Notes: generated from the sequence alone by a model not told the origin. A stretch of 64,000 nucleotides of DNA from a virus (IMGVR_UViG_3300025387_000018:1579-65578), one strand, 5' to 3'; shown: positions 1-8,329, counted from the stretch's first letter. Made by a program: numbers and translations.

Positions 1-19
1 CATCGCACTGCAGATAGTG

Positions 20-505
20 TTAGACCAGAGCCTTCACATCGTCCTTGGAGAGGAACGCTGGAGCCTTGAAAGAGTCAAGCTCTGCCTCAAGAGTGGGAAC
101 AGCAGACTCATCAAATGGCTCATCAGAGACACGTGGCTCAGCATACTGGCCTTTCATGTATTTCTTACCAACAGCCTTAAGACGTGCGAGGTTCTTTGCC
201 TTAATGTCAGCAAGCTCTTCCACTGTCTTGTCAGTGACCTTTGGCTTGTCAGTCAGAAGCACCTTGGGGAACTTCATTGGCTTGACTGTTTTGGCCTTTG
301 GTGTCTTGTTGGTGACTGTCTTACGGCCACGAGTAGATGGCTCGACAGTGCCTGGAGCCTTACCATTGGCAACGATCCAGCGATAGTATGATTTAGCATT
401 GGCATCAGTAACACCGATACGATCAGCGATCAGAGCGACCACATCGCGCATAGGCAGTTCAGCGTTAGCTTTCATGATTTGGATAGCATCATCACGTTTA
501 GACAT
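20..505 (-). CDS. hypothetical protein, basic Lys-rich, possibly DNA-binding (161 aa)
   Basis: ORF with GGAG RBS directly behind the minus-strand TTGACA-N16-TATACT promoter at 539-566. Confidence 0.75.
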   Translation of the reverse strand: MSKRDDAIQIMKANAELPMRDVVALIADRIGVTDANAKSYYRWIVANGKAPGTVEPSTRGRKTVTNKTPKAKTVKPMKFPKVLLTDKPKVTDKTVEELADIKAKNLARLKAVGKKYMKGQYAEPRVSDEPFDESAVPTLEAELDSFKAPAFLSKDDVKALV

Positions 506-538
506 TCACATCACTCCATTCCATCATCTTATATTGTC

Positions 539-566
539 AGTATACCCTATTTTCCAGATTTGTCAA
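539..566 (-). promoter_or_regulatory. sigma70-like early promoter
   Basis: minus strand TTGACA (566-561), 16-nt spacer, TATACT (544-539). Confidence 0.75.
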
Positions 567-661
567 CCCCTATCGAACGTAAACTTAAAGTTTACTATTA
601 CTTTTTTTATTTCACGTTCAAAATCAGTGACTTAGGGTATTTCACTCCATTTTTCAGTGGT

Positions 662-820
662 TTAACGAACATTAAGAGCTTTCACTACATAGTTCTCTCG
701 ATAGTACTCTTTGTAGTACTCCACAGCCTTTCGAGAGATGTTAGTAAACGTTGCATACTGTAGATGATTGCTCTCATCATAGAATGCAATCTTCAGGTTA
801 TAGGTCTGCACTCTCATCAT
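662..820 (-). CDS. small hypothetical protein (52 aa, MMRVQTYNLKIAFYDESNH...)
   Basis: hand-translated; ATGA overlap with the upstream ORF. Confidence 0.6.
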   Translation of the reverse strand: MMRVQTYNLKIAFYDESNHLQYATFTNISRKAVEYYKEYYRENYVVKALNVR

Positions 821-987
821 GCATACTCCACTGCATTGGTTAGCTCTGAGTCAAAGATACTCTCTTTACCATTCTCATCAACGAACGTAAACTGATACCC
901 AAGCTCATTCACGAGCTCTTGCATATGGATATCCTCTGGTACAGTTAACCTAACAGACACTACTACTGTCTTGGTTCCATCCATCAT
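817..987 (-). CDS. small hypothetical protein (56 aa, MMDGTKTVVVSVRLTVPED...)
   Basis: hand-translated; ATGA-coupled at both ends. Confidence 0.6.
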   Translation of the reverse strand: MMDGTKTVVVSVRLTVPEDIHMQELVNELGYQFTFVDENGKESIFDSELTNAVEYA

Positions 988-1085
988 TGTATCACATCCA
1001 GTATCTGAGTAAGAACAACGAACACTAACAGACCAACTGTTACCAGTGACAGACCAATCACATTCTGGATCTCTTGGGTTCTCAT
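984..1085 (-). CDS. small membrane peptide (33 aa, MRTQEIQNVIGLSLVTVGLLVFVVLTQILDVIQ)
   Basis: hand-translated; GAGG RBS; one hydrophobic helix; promoter at 1116-1143. Confidence 0.55.
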   Translation of the reverse strand: MRTQEIQNVIGLSLVTVGLLVFVVLTQILDVIQ

Positions 1086-1115
1086 AGCAGTTCCTCTTTC
1101 AACGTTACATATATG

Positions 1116-1143
1116 ATTATACCGTATTCTGTGGAAATGTCAA
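1116..1143 (-). promoter_or_regulatory. sigma70-like early promoter
   Basis: minus strand TTGACA-N16-TATAAT. Confidence 0.75.
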
Positions 1144-1236
1144 GCACTATTTTTCGTTTACTATTACTTTTTTTCGTTTACTATTGTTAGTAAACTAAGT
1201 GGTAGACCCAACCCGCCTCAACAAACCACTCCCTAG

Positions 1237-1265
1237 AGTGTACCCTATTTTTGAGAAAAAGTCAA
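1237..1265 (-). promoter_or_regulatory. sigma70-like early promoter
   Basis: minus strand TTGACT-N17-TACACT, preceded by GGGG like the 566 promoter. Confidence 0.6.
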
Positions 1266-1332
1266 CCCCCAACGAACGTAAACTTAATCGTTTACTATTA
1301 AATTTATTTTCTCGTTTACTATTACTTTTTTC

Positions 1333-1360
1333 TTGACTATTTTGGCGTTTCGGGTATAAT
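1333..1360 (+). promoter_or_regulatory. sigma70-like early promoter
   Basis: TTGACT-N16-TATAAT, back-to-back with the 1265 promoter. Confidence 0.75.
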
Positions 1361-1392
1361 CATATTTGTAAGCCACTAAAGGGGAAAAAACT

Positions 1393-1605
1393 ATGCCTAA
1401 TAAATTATTCGTTCTTTTCGGTGTTAATAATAATGATGATAATAATGACTTATTAGGGGTTTATAATAATATTAATATTCTTGAAACTAAACTAAAGGCG
1501 TTTAAAAATAAAAGTGATTATTATAATGATTATTATTATATTGAACTTAATAATAATGATGAAGTTGATTATTATAATCCTGAAAACGGGTTTGGTTTAA
1601 GTTAA
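1393..1605 (+). CDS. very AT-rich hypothetical protein (70 aa)
   Basis: ORF with AAGGGG RBS after the 1333 promoter. Confidence 0.55.
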   Translation: MPNKLFVLFGVNNNDDNNDLLGVYNNINILETKLKAFKNKSDYYNDYYYIELNNNDEVDYYNPENGFGLS

Positions 1606-1724
1606 AAATTGGTTTAATAATTCTTGGTGACGTGTGGTATTCCACTCAATAAATAAGTGGTTTAACAATTCGCTGCGATTACAAAATGAGGATTAAAAAT
1701 ATCACTCAAAAAACGAGTGAATTA

Positions 1725-1800
1725 GACACAACACAGACACTAAGGGACACAACACAGACACCAAGAACAGCGACACAAAGCGACACAGGCGAGACACACA
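1725..1800. repeat. phased GACAC repeat array including a 16-bp direct repeat
   Basis: GACACAACACAGACAC at 1725 and 1746; GACAC at 1725, 1736, 1746, 1757, 1772, 1782, 1793. Confidence 0.85.
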
Positions 1801-1872
1801 GCGACCGACGCCAAGACTCGTTTACGTTCGAATATAAACGAAAATTATTTTAAAAATATTTCCTTTTAGGGC

Positions 1873-1900
1873 TTGACAAATACACAGTTTAGGGTATACT
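1873..1900 (+). promoter_or_regulatory. sigma70-like early promoter
   Basis: TTGACA-N16-TATACT. Confidence 0.75.
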
Positions 1901-1906
1901 GATAAT

Positions 1907-2152
1907 ATGAGTTCGAAAGGAAATCCTATGAAATATCCTAATTCAGCCGAGTTGATGACTATTATTGCAACCAGTAAATTCCGTCCGTTTGACAAATATG
2001 ATTATATGGCTTTTAGTGGGGCTATTAGCGAAAACCCATTAATAGCAGAAACAGACGAATATACAATAGTTCTTGACGGTCACATAGTAAATATGGTATA
2101 TCAAGAAGACCAATTCGGCGGTCAATTATATTCTCTTATACAGGAGTTATAA
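1907..2152 (+). CDS. hypothetical protein (true start probably ATG near 1928, MKYPN)
   Basis: ORF; AAGGA RBS before the second Met. Confidence 0.65.
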   Translation: MSSKGNPMKYPNSAELMTIIATSKFRPFDKYDYMAFSGAISENPLIAETDEYTIVLDGHIVNMVYQEDQFGGQLYSLIQEL

Positions 2153-2153
2153 A

Positions 2154-2417
2154 ATGATTACTATTAAGGATAAAATAGACCATAATTGGGTTGAGCGTAT
2201 AGAGGAATTGGCCGATAGATTAGAGAAAGGCGAAAAGGTAATTAATAGGTTTACGGATGATCAATTACATTATTTGATTTATTGGAACTTTGGTTATTCT
2301 GGTATTACTGTGTCTGATTATACTATTATGTGTGAGGATGAGTTGAATAATAGAGGTATTAGGTATAATCAGAAATTAGCCGAGTTAATAGTTGATACAG
2401 CCGAGGAGATATACTAA
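2154..2417 (+). CDS. hypothetical protein
   Basis: ORF with AGGAG RBS. Confidence 0.7.
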   Translation: MITIKDKIDHNWVERIEELADRLEKGEKVINRFTDDQLHYLIYWNFGYSGITVSDYTIMCEDELNNRGIRYNQKLAELIVDTAEEIY

Positions 2418-2647
2418 TGAATATCAATACTAATTTAACTCAATTAACCCGGAACGATATAGTATACTTACTAGAGGCCAGCGGTTATAATGAGTCTAGT
2501 TCTGATATTGAGGACGTAGAATTTATTGCTGTATCTAATGGTAATGTTAGATATAAAATGACTTATTACGATATTGATGGTAATCTATTAGATGATAATG
2601 TGTTTGTGTTTATTAATGATAAAGGCGAACTAACAGCTGATTACTGA
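2417..2647 (+). CDS. hypothetical protein
   Basis: ORF with GAGGAG RBS and TAATG coupling. Confidence 0.7.
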   Translation: MNINTNLTQLTRNDIVYLLEASGYNESSSDIEDVEFIAVSNGNVRYKMTYYDIDGNLLDDNVFVFINDKGELTADY

Positions 2648-2660
2648 TCGGAGATATAAT

Positions 2661-2957
2661 ATGAAATATCGTATCGTTGGGAATAAAGAAGCATATATGA
2701 GTTGTTTGCAAGGATATGTCAATACAACTTATGACAATTTGGTATCTGTTCTTGGTAAACCTAATACAACTGGGGATAAAATTACCGCTGAATGGATTAT
2801 TAAATTTGGTTCCGGCGAGGTCGCAACCATATATGATTATAAGGAAAAAACTACGCCAAAAGAAGAATATCAATGGCACATCGGTGGTCATAGTGATAAA
2901 GTCATAGAATTGGTTGGTCAATTACTCAATTGTTCTGCCCGTAATTGGAGGAATTAA
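2661..2957 (+). CDS. conserved phage hypothetical protein
   Basis: ORF with GGAG RBS; G.P...GDK...EW...ATIYDYK pattern recalled from phage proteins. Confidence 0.7.
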   Translation: MKYRIVGNKEAYMSCLQGYVNTTYDNLVSVLGKPNTTGDKITAEWIIKFGSGEVATIYDYKEKTTPKEEYQWHIGGHSDKVIELVGQLLNCSARNWRN

Positions 2958-2958
2958 T

Positions 2959-3258
2959 ATGTCTGGCATACAAATTCTTGTTTCCGATCACCAAGGTGTC
3001 TATATACCTCAAATATTTGCGGAGAATTGTGAAAAGAGTTGGGTGGCTGGTTCTCAATGGGATCTTAATGTTTTAAGGACTGGTCCTGATCCTGAGAATG
3101 ATTCCTACTGGGATGTGTGGAGTTGGGTTGTTGATAATGCCACACATATTGATAAACACGGAAATACCTGGAGGCTATACCAGGATGGTGATTTATTCGC
3201 ATATTGTGAGGAGTTGATGTCCGATGAAGAGAAAAAAAACCTATTCGGGGAGATCTAA
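2959..3258 (+). CDS. hypothetical protein (start MSGIQ)
   Basis: GGAGG RBS before ATG 2959. Confidence 0.7.
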   Translation: MSGIQILVSDHQGVYIPQIFAENCEKSWVAGSQWDLNVLRTGPDPENDSYWDVWSWVVDNATHIDKHGNTWRLYQDGDLFAYCEELMSDEEKKNLFGEI

Positions 3259-3277
3259 TCCCGTAGCGAAAATTCTA

Positions 3278-3306
3278 TTGACTTCTGGTCAATATAATAG
3301 TAGAGT
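3278..3306 (+). promoter_or_regulatory. possible sigma70-like promoter
   Basis: TTGACT-N17-TAGAGT in an intergenic gap. Confidence 0.4.
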
Positions 3307-3348
3307 AGTTAAAGCTCGAAAAGGTAAAGGATCCTATAGGAGAGAAAA

Positions 3349-3525
3349 ATGTCCAATGTAGAAATACAACTACAAAACATCGCTTCTAAAAATTGGATGA
3401 CGATGAAAAGTGTTGCAAATCAAGACTGGGTAATACAAACTGCCCTCGATGAATTAAAAAATAGATTTCCGGAACAACCAGTACGTGCCATGTGTGATGG
3501 TATTCTGGTAAATATGAGGCCATAA
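3349..3525 (+). CDS. small hypothetical protein (58 aa, MSNVEIQLQNIASKNW...)
   Basis: hand-translated; AGGAG RBS. Confidence 0.65.
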   Translation: MSNVEIQLQNIASKNWMTMKSVANQDWVIQTALDELKNRFPEQPVRAMCDGILVNMRP

Positions 3526-3526
3526 A

Positions 3527-3688
3527 ATGATTACTATTGCTTATGAAATGCTGGCGATTGTGGATTTGCTCGTCGCTATCTACAAAAAAGTATTCCTATA
3601 TCAGACAGATGATGCTGTGTTTATGCTTATTCTGTCTCTTCTGATGATGGTGTTTGCCATCAATTCTAAAATTAAAGACAATGTTTAA
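3527..3688 (+). CDS. small membrane protein (53 aa)
   Basis: hand-translated; two hydrophobic stretches. Confidence 0.5.
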   Translation: MITIAYEMLAIVDLLVAIYKKVFLYQTDDAVFMLILSLLMMVFAINSKIKDNV

Positions 3689-3869
3689 ACTGCAGGTCGG
3701 CAGAGAAAACAAAAAAGGTAATTGGGAGTGGCGGGATATATCGCCACACCACGAAGAACCATACATATTTGACACATATGATGAAGCATACAATTTCCTA
3801 GATTGGCTCTATCCGGAGCAAATCTACGACAAAGATGTTCGAATAATCGAAATTGAACAAGACGCTTGA
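3681..3869 (+). CDS. hypothetical protein (start MFKLQ)
   Basis: ORF track 3654..3869; start trimmed to fit the upstream gene. Confidence 0.55.
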   Translation: MFKLQVGRENKKGNWEWRDISPHHEEPYIFDTYDEAYNFLDWLYPEQIYDKDVRIIEIEQDA

Positions 3870-3893
3870 CTTTTTATTAAAACATAGTATAAT
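3866..3893 (+). promoter_or_regulatory. sigma70-like early promoter
   Basis: TTGACT-N16-TATAAT. Confidence 0.75.
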
Positions 3894-4184
3894 ATGTATA
3901 TGATGATGAGGAGAAAAGTGATGTCTGCCGCTACTAAAGCTATCTTTGCGATCGATACAATCGAAGAATTGAAAGAAGCAATTGCTGCCGTAAATGTTCG
4001 TTCGAGAGAACTACAGGCACGTGCAACAATGTCGTTTATTCGTGGGGATAATGTCGCCTTCAACCACACAAAAACAGGACAGTTGATTACCGGCACAGTT
4101 GTCCGTGTTAATCAGAAAACTGTAACAATTAAAACACCGACAACGGAATGGAAAGTATCTGGTTCATTGCTTCGGAGGATATAA
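3894..4184 (+). CDS. conserved phage hypothetical protein, SH3-like C-terminus (true start near 3918-3921)
   Basis: GAGGAG RBS at about 3907; GD.V.F...G.V..VNQKTV.I...W.V pattern. Confidence 0.7.
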   Translation: MYMMMRRKVMSAATKAIFAIDTIEELKEAIAAVNVRSRELQARATMSFIRGDNVAFNHTKTGQLITGTVVRVNQKTVTIKTPTTEWKVSGSLLRRI

Positions 4185-4185
4185 T

Positions 4186-4356
4186 ATGCAATGCGAAGCT
4201 ACGATTACATCGGAAGATGCAACAGAAGTAATAAGACTTATCGAAGAATATCTCTGTCAAGGAGGTACTGGCTTTGATGATAATAAATTAACTCGTGTGC
4301 TTGATGCTCTTAGTTGGGCTGATCGTATTGTTATTACTGGTTATGATGGAGAATAA
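4186..4356 (+). CDS. small hypothetical protein (56 aa)
   Basis: hand-translated; GGAGG RBS. Confidence 0.55.
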   Translation: MQCEATITSEDATEVIRLIEEYLCQGGTGFDDNKLTRVLDALSWADRIVITGYDGE

Positions 4357-4357
4357 T

Positions 4358-4675
4358 ATGTCGACATTCGAGTTTCTCTACGAAATTGACGATAAGGTTC
4401 ATGACTATATCCATAGTAATATGGTAGAGACAAGCGCCGATAAACTACGCCTAGATCCTCGTGCCGGATATCGTTTGTGGGTTGACGAGGATACAATTGT
4501 TATTCATAAGACGCATGATGGTTGTCTACAATATTACGGCGGATTTGAATATGTCGACAAAACATATCGTAGAGAACTCGGCGATTACGTTTTCTATCTC
4601 GGCGACGACAATAGAGTCAGAGAACACTTAGATCACTATTACGGAATTGAGCGACCCGAGGAGGACGAGGATTGA
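4358..4675 (+). CDS. hypothetical protein (start MSTFE)
   Basis: GGAG RBS; ORF. Confidence 0.65.
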   Translation: MSTFEFLYEIDDKVHDYIHSNMVETSADKLRLDPRAGYRLWVDEDTIVIHKTHDGCLQYYGGFEYVDKTYRRELGDYVFYLGDDNRVREHLDHYYGIERPEEDED

Positions 4676-4713
4676 TAGTAAACACAGTTCATAAACTTTT
4701 TAAACTGTGGGGG

Positions 4714-4741
4714 TTGACAAATACCAGTTTTAGGGTATAAT
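4714..4741 (+). promoter_or_regulatory. sigma70-like early promoter
   Basis: TTGACA-N16-TATAAT. Confidence 0.8.
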
Positions 4742-4773
4742 TATAATATGATGATTGATAACGGAGTGATCTA

Positions 4774-5628
4774 ATGCCTCGTGGTGTTCCGAAAGCTGGT
4801 TTCCGTACTTCCCGTAAATCTATCGCCGATAAGGTTACTAATATTAAAGTGTCCTACTCCGCTCCCTCTACCGAAACTGACGCCGAGATTGAAGCGCGAC
4901 TCGCCGAGCGCTTTGATATTCTTGATGTGCTTGCCGAAGCGTGTACCTGTGGCAATTCTCGTGCTCTTATTGTATCTGGTCCTGCCGGATTAGGCAAATC
5001 CTATACAGTAGAGAAACGACTGGCCGAATGGGATCCGTCGGCGATCAATTACACAATCGTCAAGGGATATGTGCGTGCGACTGGTCTTGTTAAATTGTTA
5101 CATTCTTACAAAGAAGAAGGACAGGTAATTGTCTTTGACGATGCCGATGCTATATTCTTTGACGATGTGTCGCTTAATCTGCTCAAAGCTGTGTGCGATA
5201 CCACAGAGCGTAGAGTAGTTTCTTGGATGAGCGAGGGCAAACTTATTGACGATGAGACTGGTGCGCTTGTCCCTCGCTCGTTCGAGTTTAAAGGTACAAT
5301 TATCTTTATCTCTAATTATGACTTTGATGCTATGATTGATAAAGGTCACAAGTTAGCGCCACATCTGCAGGCATTGGTGTCTCGTGCTCATTATATCGAT
5401 CTACAAATGAAAACACGTCGCGATTATCTGATTCGCATCAAACAGGTAATCAAACAAGGATTATTGGCCAATCTAGGTCACGAAGAATTGTATGATGTTA
5501 TGTCATTCATCGACAGAAACTCTGATTCTCTTCGCGAGTTGTCTCTCCGTATGGCAATTAAACTTGGCGCTCTTCGTAAACAGAATACAAACTGGGAGCG
5601 TATCGCTAAGATTACGTGCTGTAAATGA
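4774..5628 (+). CDS. AAA+ family ATPase
   Basis: Walker A GPAGLGKS, Walker B VIVFDDAD, sensor-like IIFISN. Confidence 0.85.
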   Translation: MPRGVPKAGFRTSRKSIADKVTNIKVSYSAPSTETDAEIEARLAERFDILDVLAEACTCGNSRALIVSGPAGLGKSYTVEKRLAEWDPSAINYTIVKGYVRATGLVKLLHSYKEEGQVIVFDDADAIFFDDVSLNLLKAVCDTTERRVVSWMSEGKLIDDETGALVPRSFEFKGTIIFISNYDFDAMIDKGHKLAPHLQALVSRAHYIDLQMKTRRDYLIRIKQVIKQGLLANLGHEELYDVMSFIDRNSDSLRELSLRMAIKLGALRKQNTNWERIAKITCCK

Positions 5629-5801
5629 AAAAGAGATGCGGAAACTGCATCTACTGGGATAAACCAGAAGGAGTTGATACGAAAGGCGATACTTACGAGT
5701 GTCGCCGCTATCCGCCAGTTAAATATAAAGAAAATATAGAGTTCCCTGAAACATATCACAACGACTGGTGCGGAGAGCATAAGAAAGAAGAGAAGAAATG
5801 A
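5625..5801 (+). CDS. small four-Cys metal-binding protein (58 aa, MKKRCGNCIYW...CRRYPP...DWCGEH)
   Basis: hand-translated; ATGA coupled at both ends. Confidence 0.7.
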   Translation: MKKRCGNCIYWDKPEGVDTKGDTYECRRYPPVKYKENIEFPETYHNDWCGEHKKEEKK

Positions 5802-6049
5802 ATGCACTAGATCGATCTAGGCGTCACTTATTATTAAGTCAGACCAATTATATTAATCATTTAATATGGGCAATCAAAGGTGGTGTCATACTAATTTGTA
5901 TTGGTATGGCAAGCATCATTCATGCATTCTTTCCATTTATGTTTGAAGGTACAACTGCCAAGAATGTTATTAAAATATTCTATGAGCATTTGTATAAACA
6001 TCCAAATCCAGAGTATAAGAAATTAATTAAGGAATACAATAATGAATAA
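5798..6049 (+). CDS. DUF6356-like small membrane protein
   Basis: H..Y..H...A.....HA.FPF.F pattern. Confidence 0.6.
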   Translation: MNALDRSRRHLLLSQTNYINHLIWAIKGGVILICIGMASIIHAFFPFMFEGTTAKNVIKIFYEHLYKHPNPEYKKLIKEYNNE

Positions 6050-7205
6050 GATAGCAATCATTGGCGTTGGATCTGCTGGTATACAGGCACTGTGTCATTA
6101 CTGTGCTTGGTTGGATGATTGGGAAATTACATCTATACATCAGCCAAACATTCCAATTGTTGGTATTGGCGAGAGCACAAATCCTCCATTCTTAGATAGT
6201 ATTATGAAAGGATTATTGTTCGATCACAATAAAGATCTCGAACAATTAGATGCCACAATTAAATTGGGCACAAAGTATGTCAATTGGAGAGAGCACGAGT
6301 TCAATAATCCATTTATCGGTGGTAATCTTGCAATACACATGAACACATTTAAATTAAAAGAATTCGCATTCGCACGATTGAAGGATATGTGGGGGGATAA
6401 ATTCTCTGTTATCGAAGGAAATGTCGATAGCCTACACAACACAGATAATAAGGCAGTTGTTGTTGTGGATGGCAAACCAGTAGAGTTTGATTATGTGATG
6501 GATTGTAGAGGTTTTCCCAAAGATTATACTAATTACACAGTGTTCGAGAATGCGCCGCTCAATCGTGGATTGGTGCACAATGGGCCTGTTGTTAAGGATT
6601 TGATATACACATTACACGAAGCAACTCCTGATGGCTGGATGTTTGGTGTGCCTCTGTCTAATAGAATGAGTTACGGATATATGTTCAATGATAACATAAC
6701 AGATATTGACACAGCTCGTGAGAATTTCTCCAAGCAAATTGGTGTTACTGCATTAGATAATACAGAATACAAATTTAAATACTTCTATTCTAATAATATA
6801 TTGGATGGTAGAATTATTAAGAATGGTAATAGTGCATTCTTTTACGAGCCAATGTTTGCCAACTCTCTATTCGTCTACGACAGAATTAATAGATATTTCT
6901 ATGAGTATATGTTCGGCACAAAATCTGATGTAATGGTAGATTATGATTTCAATAGAATAGCAAATGAGATACACGAGATTATTTGCTTGCATTACTCTGG
7001 TGGATCTACGTTCGACACACCATTTTGGACTCATGCCAAACAGTATGGTAGAAATGTATTAGACAAAAGTATTAATTACTTTATATTCAGAGATGTTATT
7101 AGTCAATTTGAAAAGAACAAATCTTGGATACGGTACGAGAATTATAGATGGGCTGGATTCAGTTTACAGAATTTGTTATCAATACAAACTAACATGGGAT
7201 TGTGA
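6042..7205 (+). CDS. flavin-dependent (tryptophan) halogenase-like protein
   Basis: GVGSAG, GIGEST, ATIKLG, DCRGF, GWMFGVPL, FYEP motifs. Confidence 0.8.
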   Translation: MNKIAIIGVGSAGIQALCHYCAWLDDWEITSIHQPNIPIVGIGESTNPPFLDSIMKGLLFDHNKDLEQLDATIKLGTKYVNWREHEFNNPFIGGNLAIHMNTFKLKEFAFARLKDMWGDKFSVIEGNVDSLHNTDNKAVVVVDGKPVEFDYVMDCRGFPKDYTNYTVFENAPLNRGLVHNGPVVKDLIYTLHEATPDGWMFGVPLSNRMSYGYMFNDNITDIDTARENFSKQIGVTALDNTEYKFKYFYSNNILDGRIIKNGNSAFFYEPMFANSLFVYDRINRYFYEYMFGTKSDVMVDYDFNRIANEIHEIICLHYSGGSTFDTPFWTHAKQYGRNVLDKSINYFIFRDVISQFEKNKSWIRYENYRWAGFSLQNLLSIQTNMGL

Positions 7206-7417
7206 TGGTAGAGAGTCATAAAAGAACAATAGCAAGAGCAATTGGTTACAGACTAATAGCATTTGTCGTTGCTTATCTAATGTTTGGATTGACAAGTGCT
7301 CTGATATTTCATATAATAATGACAATGATACATTATATCTATGAAAGAGTCTGGTTGAAGATCAATTGGGGTATTCAAAATGCGACTGAAAGTGAGGATC
7401 AAAAATGTATTATATGA
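7202..7417 (+). CDS. DUF2061-like membrane protein
   Basis: ESHKRT.A.AI.YR ... Y.YERVW.KI.WG. Confidence 0.75.
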   Translation: MMVESHKRTIARAIGYRLIAFVVAYLMFGLTSALIFHIIMTMIHYIYERVWLKINWGIQNATESEDQKCII

Positions 7418-7757
7418 TGTCCGCGATCGCTACTCTCCTTCTTGTCTCATTAGTCCTTATAACGACTATACTGGGGACATCGTTCCTAATTTCCCTTGGT
7501 TATCTAATAATCAATTCGTAATGACAACAGGAGATCAGGATGCTCCCTATCGTATTCTGGAGAAAGACGCTATTATTTGTGGTTGGACTGTTGCTTCTGA
7601 GTCTGATAACAGAGAGCCAACATACGTTTGTATCCCTGGTAAAAATGGTAAACAATACACAGTCACAATGGCTGATTCTGGCTCTCTTTCCTGTAACTGT
7701 ACTGGTTTCGGGTATCGTCGCACTTGTTCTCATGTTAAGGAAGTGATGGCTGCTTGA
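7380..7757 (+). CDS. SWIM zinc-finger protein
   Basis: YTV...SCNCTGFGYRRTCSH (CxC-x8-CxH). Confidence 0.75.
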   Translation: MRLKVRIKNVLYDVRDRYSPSCLISPYNDYTGDIVPNFPWLSNNQFVMTTGDQDAPYRILEKDAIICGWTVASESDNREPTYVCIPGKNGKQYTVTMADSGSLSCNCTGFGYRRTCSHVKEVMAA

Positions 7758-8329
7758 TGTCTTGGTCTCTTTATCGTGATACTGTTGCTAGATTTGGCTC
7801 GTGTGTTGATGTGTTCAATGGTAAAGAGTGTCAAGATATAATTCAATATGCTAAGAGTAAAACATTAGAACAAGGAACTGTTAGTGGAAAAAAAGAACAT
7901 CAAAACATAAGAGACAGTAATATATTGTTTCTTGATTCAAATGAAATGAGATGGGTATATGAGAGATTGAATGGTCCTGTCCTGGCGTTGAACAAAAGGT
8001 TCTTTGGTTTTGATCTGTGGGGAATGACAGAGGGATTACAGTTCACAGAATATAATGCACCCACAGGCAGATATGATGCACATAATGATAGAACAGTCAT
8101 GGGGCCAATAAGAAAGCTGAGTATTGTTGTTCAATTGACTGATGGAAATGATTATGATGGTGGTGATCTGCAGCTGTTGAATGCAGGGGAGAAATTCCCT
8201 GAGAATATGGACAGGAAACAAGGAACAATAATTGCCTTCCCTAGTTTTACTATGCACAGAGTAACAACTGTCACTAGAGGAACTAGGCACAGTCTGGTTG
8301 GTTGGGTTTCGGGTAAACCGTTTAAATAA
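7754..8329 (+). CDS. 2OG-Fe(II) oxygenase (PKHD/prolyl-hydroxylase-like)
   Basis: HND iron ligands, RKLS, YDGGDL, HRVT..T.G.RHSLV.W. Confidence 0.9.
   Translation: MMSWSLYRDTVARFGSCVDVFNGKECQDIIQYAKSKTLEQGTVSGKKEHQNIRDSNILFLDSNEMRWVYERLNGPVLALNKRFFGFDLWGMTEGLQFTEYNAPTGRYDAHNDRTVMGPIRKLSIVVQLTDGNDYDGGDLQLLNAGEKFPENMDRKQGTIIAFPSFTMHRVTTVTRGTRHSLVGWVSGKPFK

Noticed and set aside
17-763. Plus-strand ORFs at 17, 45, 399 and 479
   Set aside because: They are antisense to promoter- and RBS-supported minus-strand genes or span promoter sequence.
1725-1815. CRISPR mini-array
   Set aside because: The repeats are 5-16 nt with no unique 26-45 nt spacers, and there are no cas genes.
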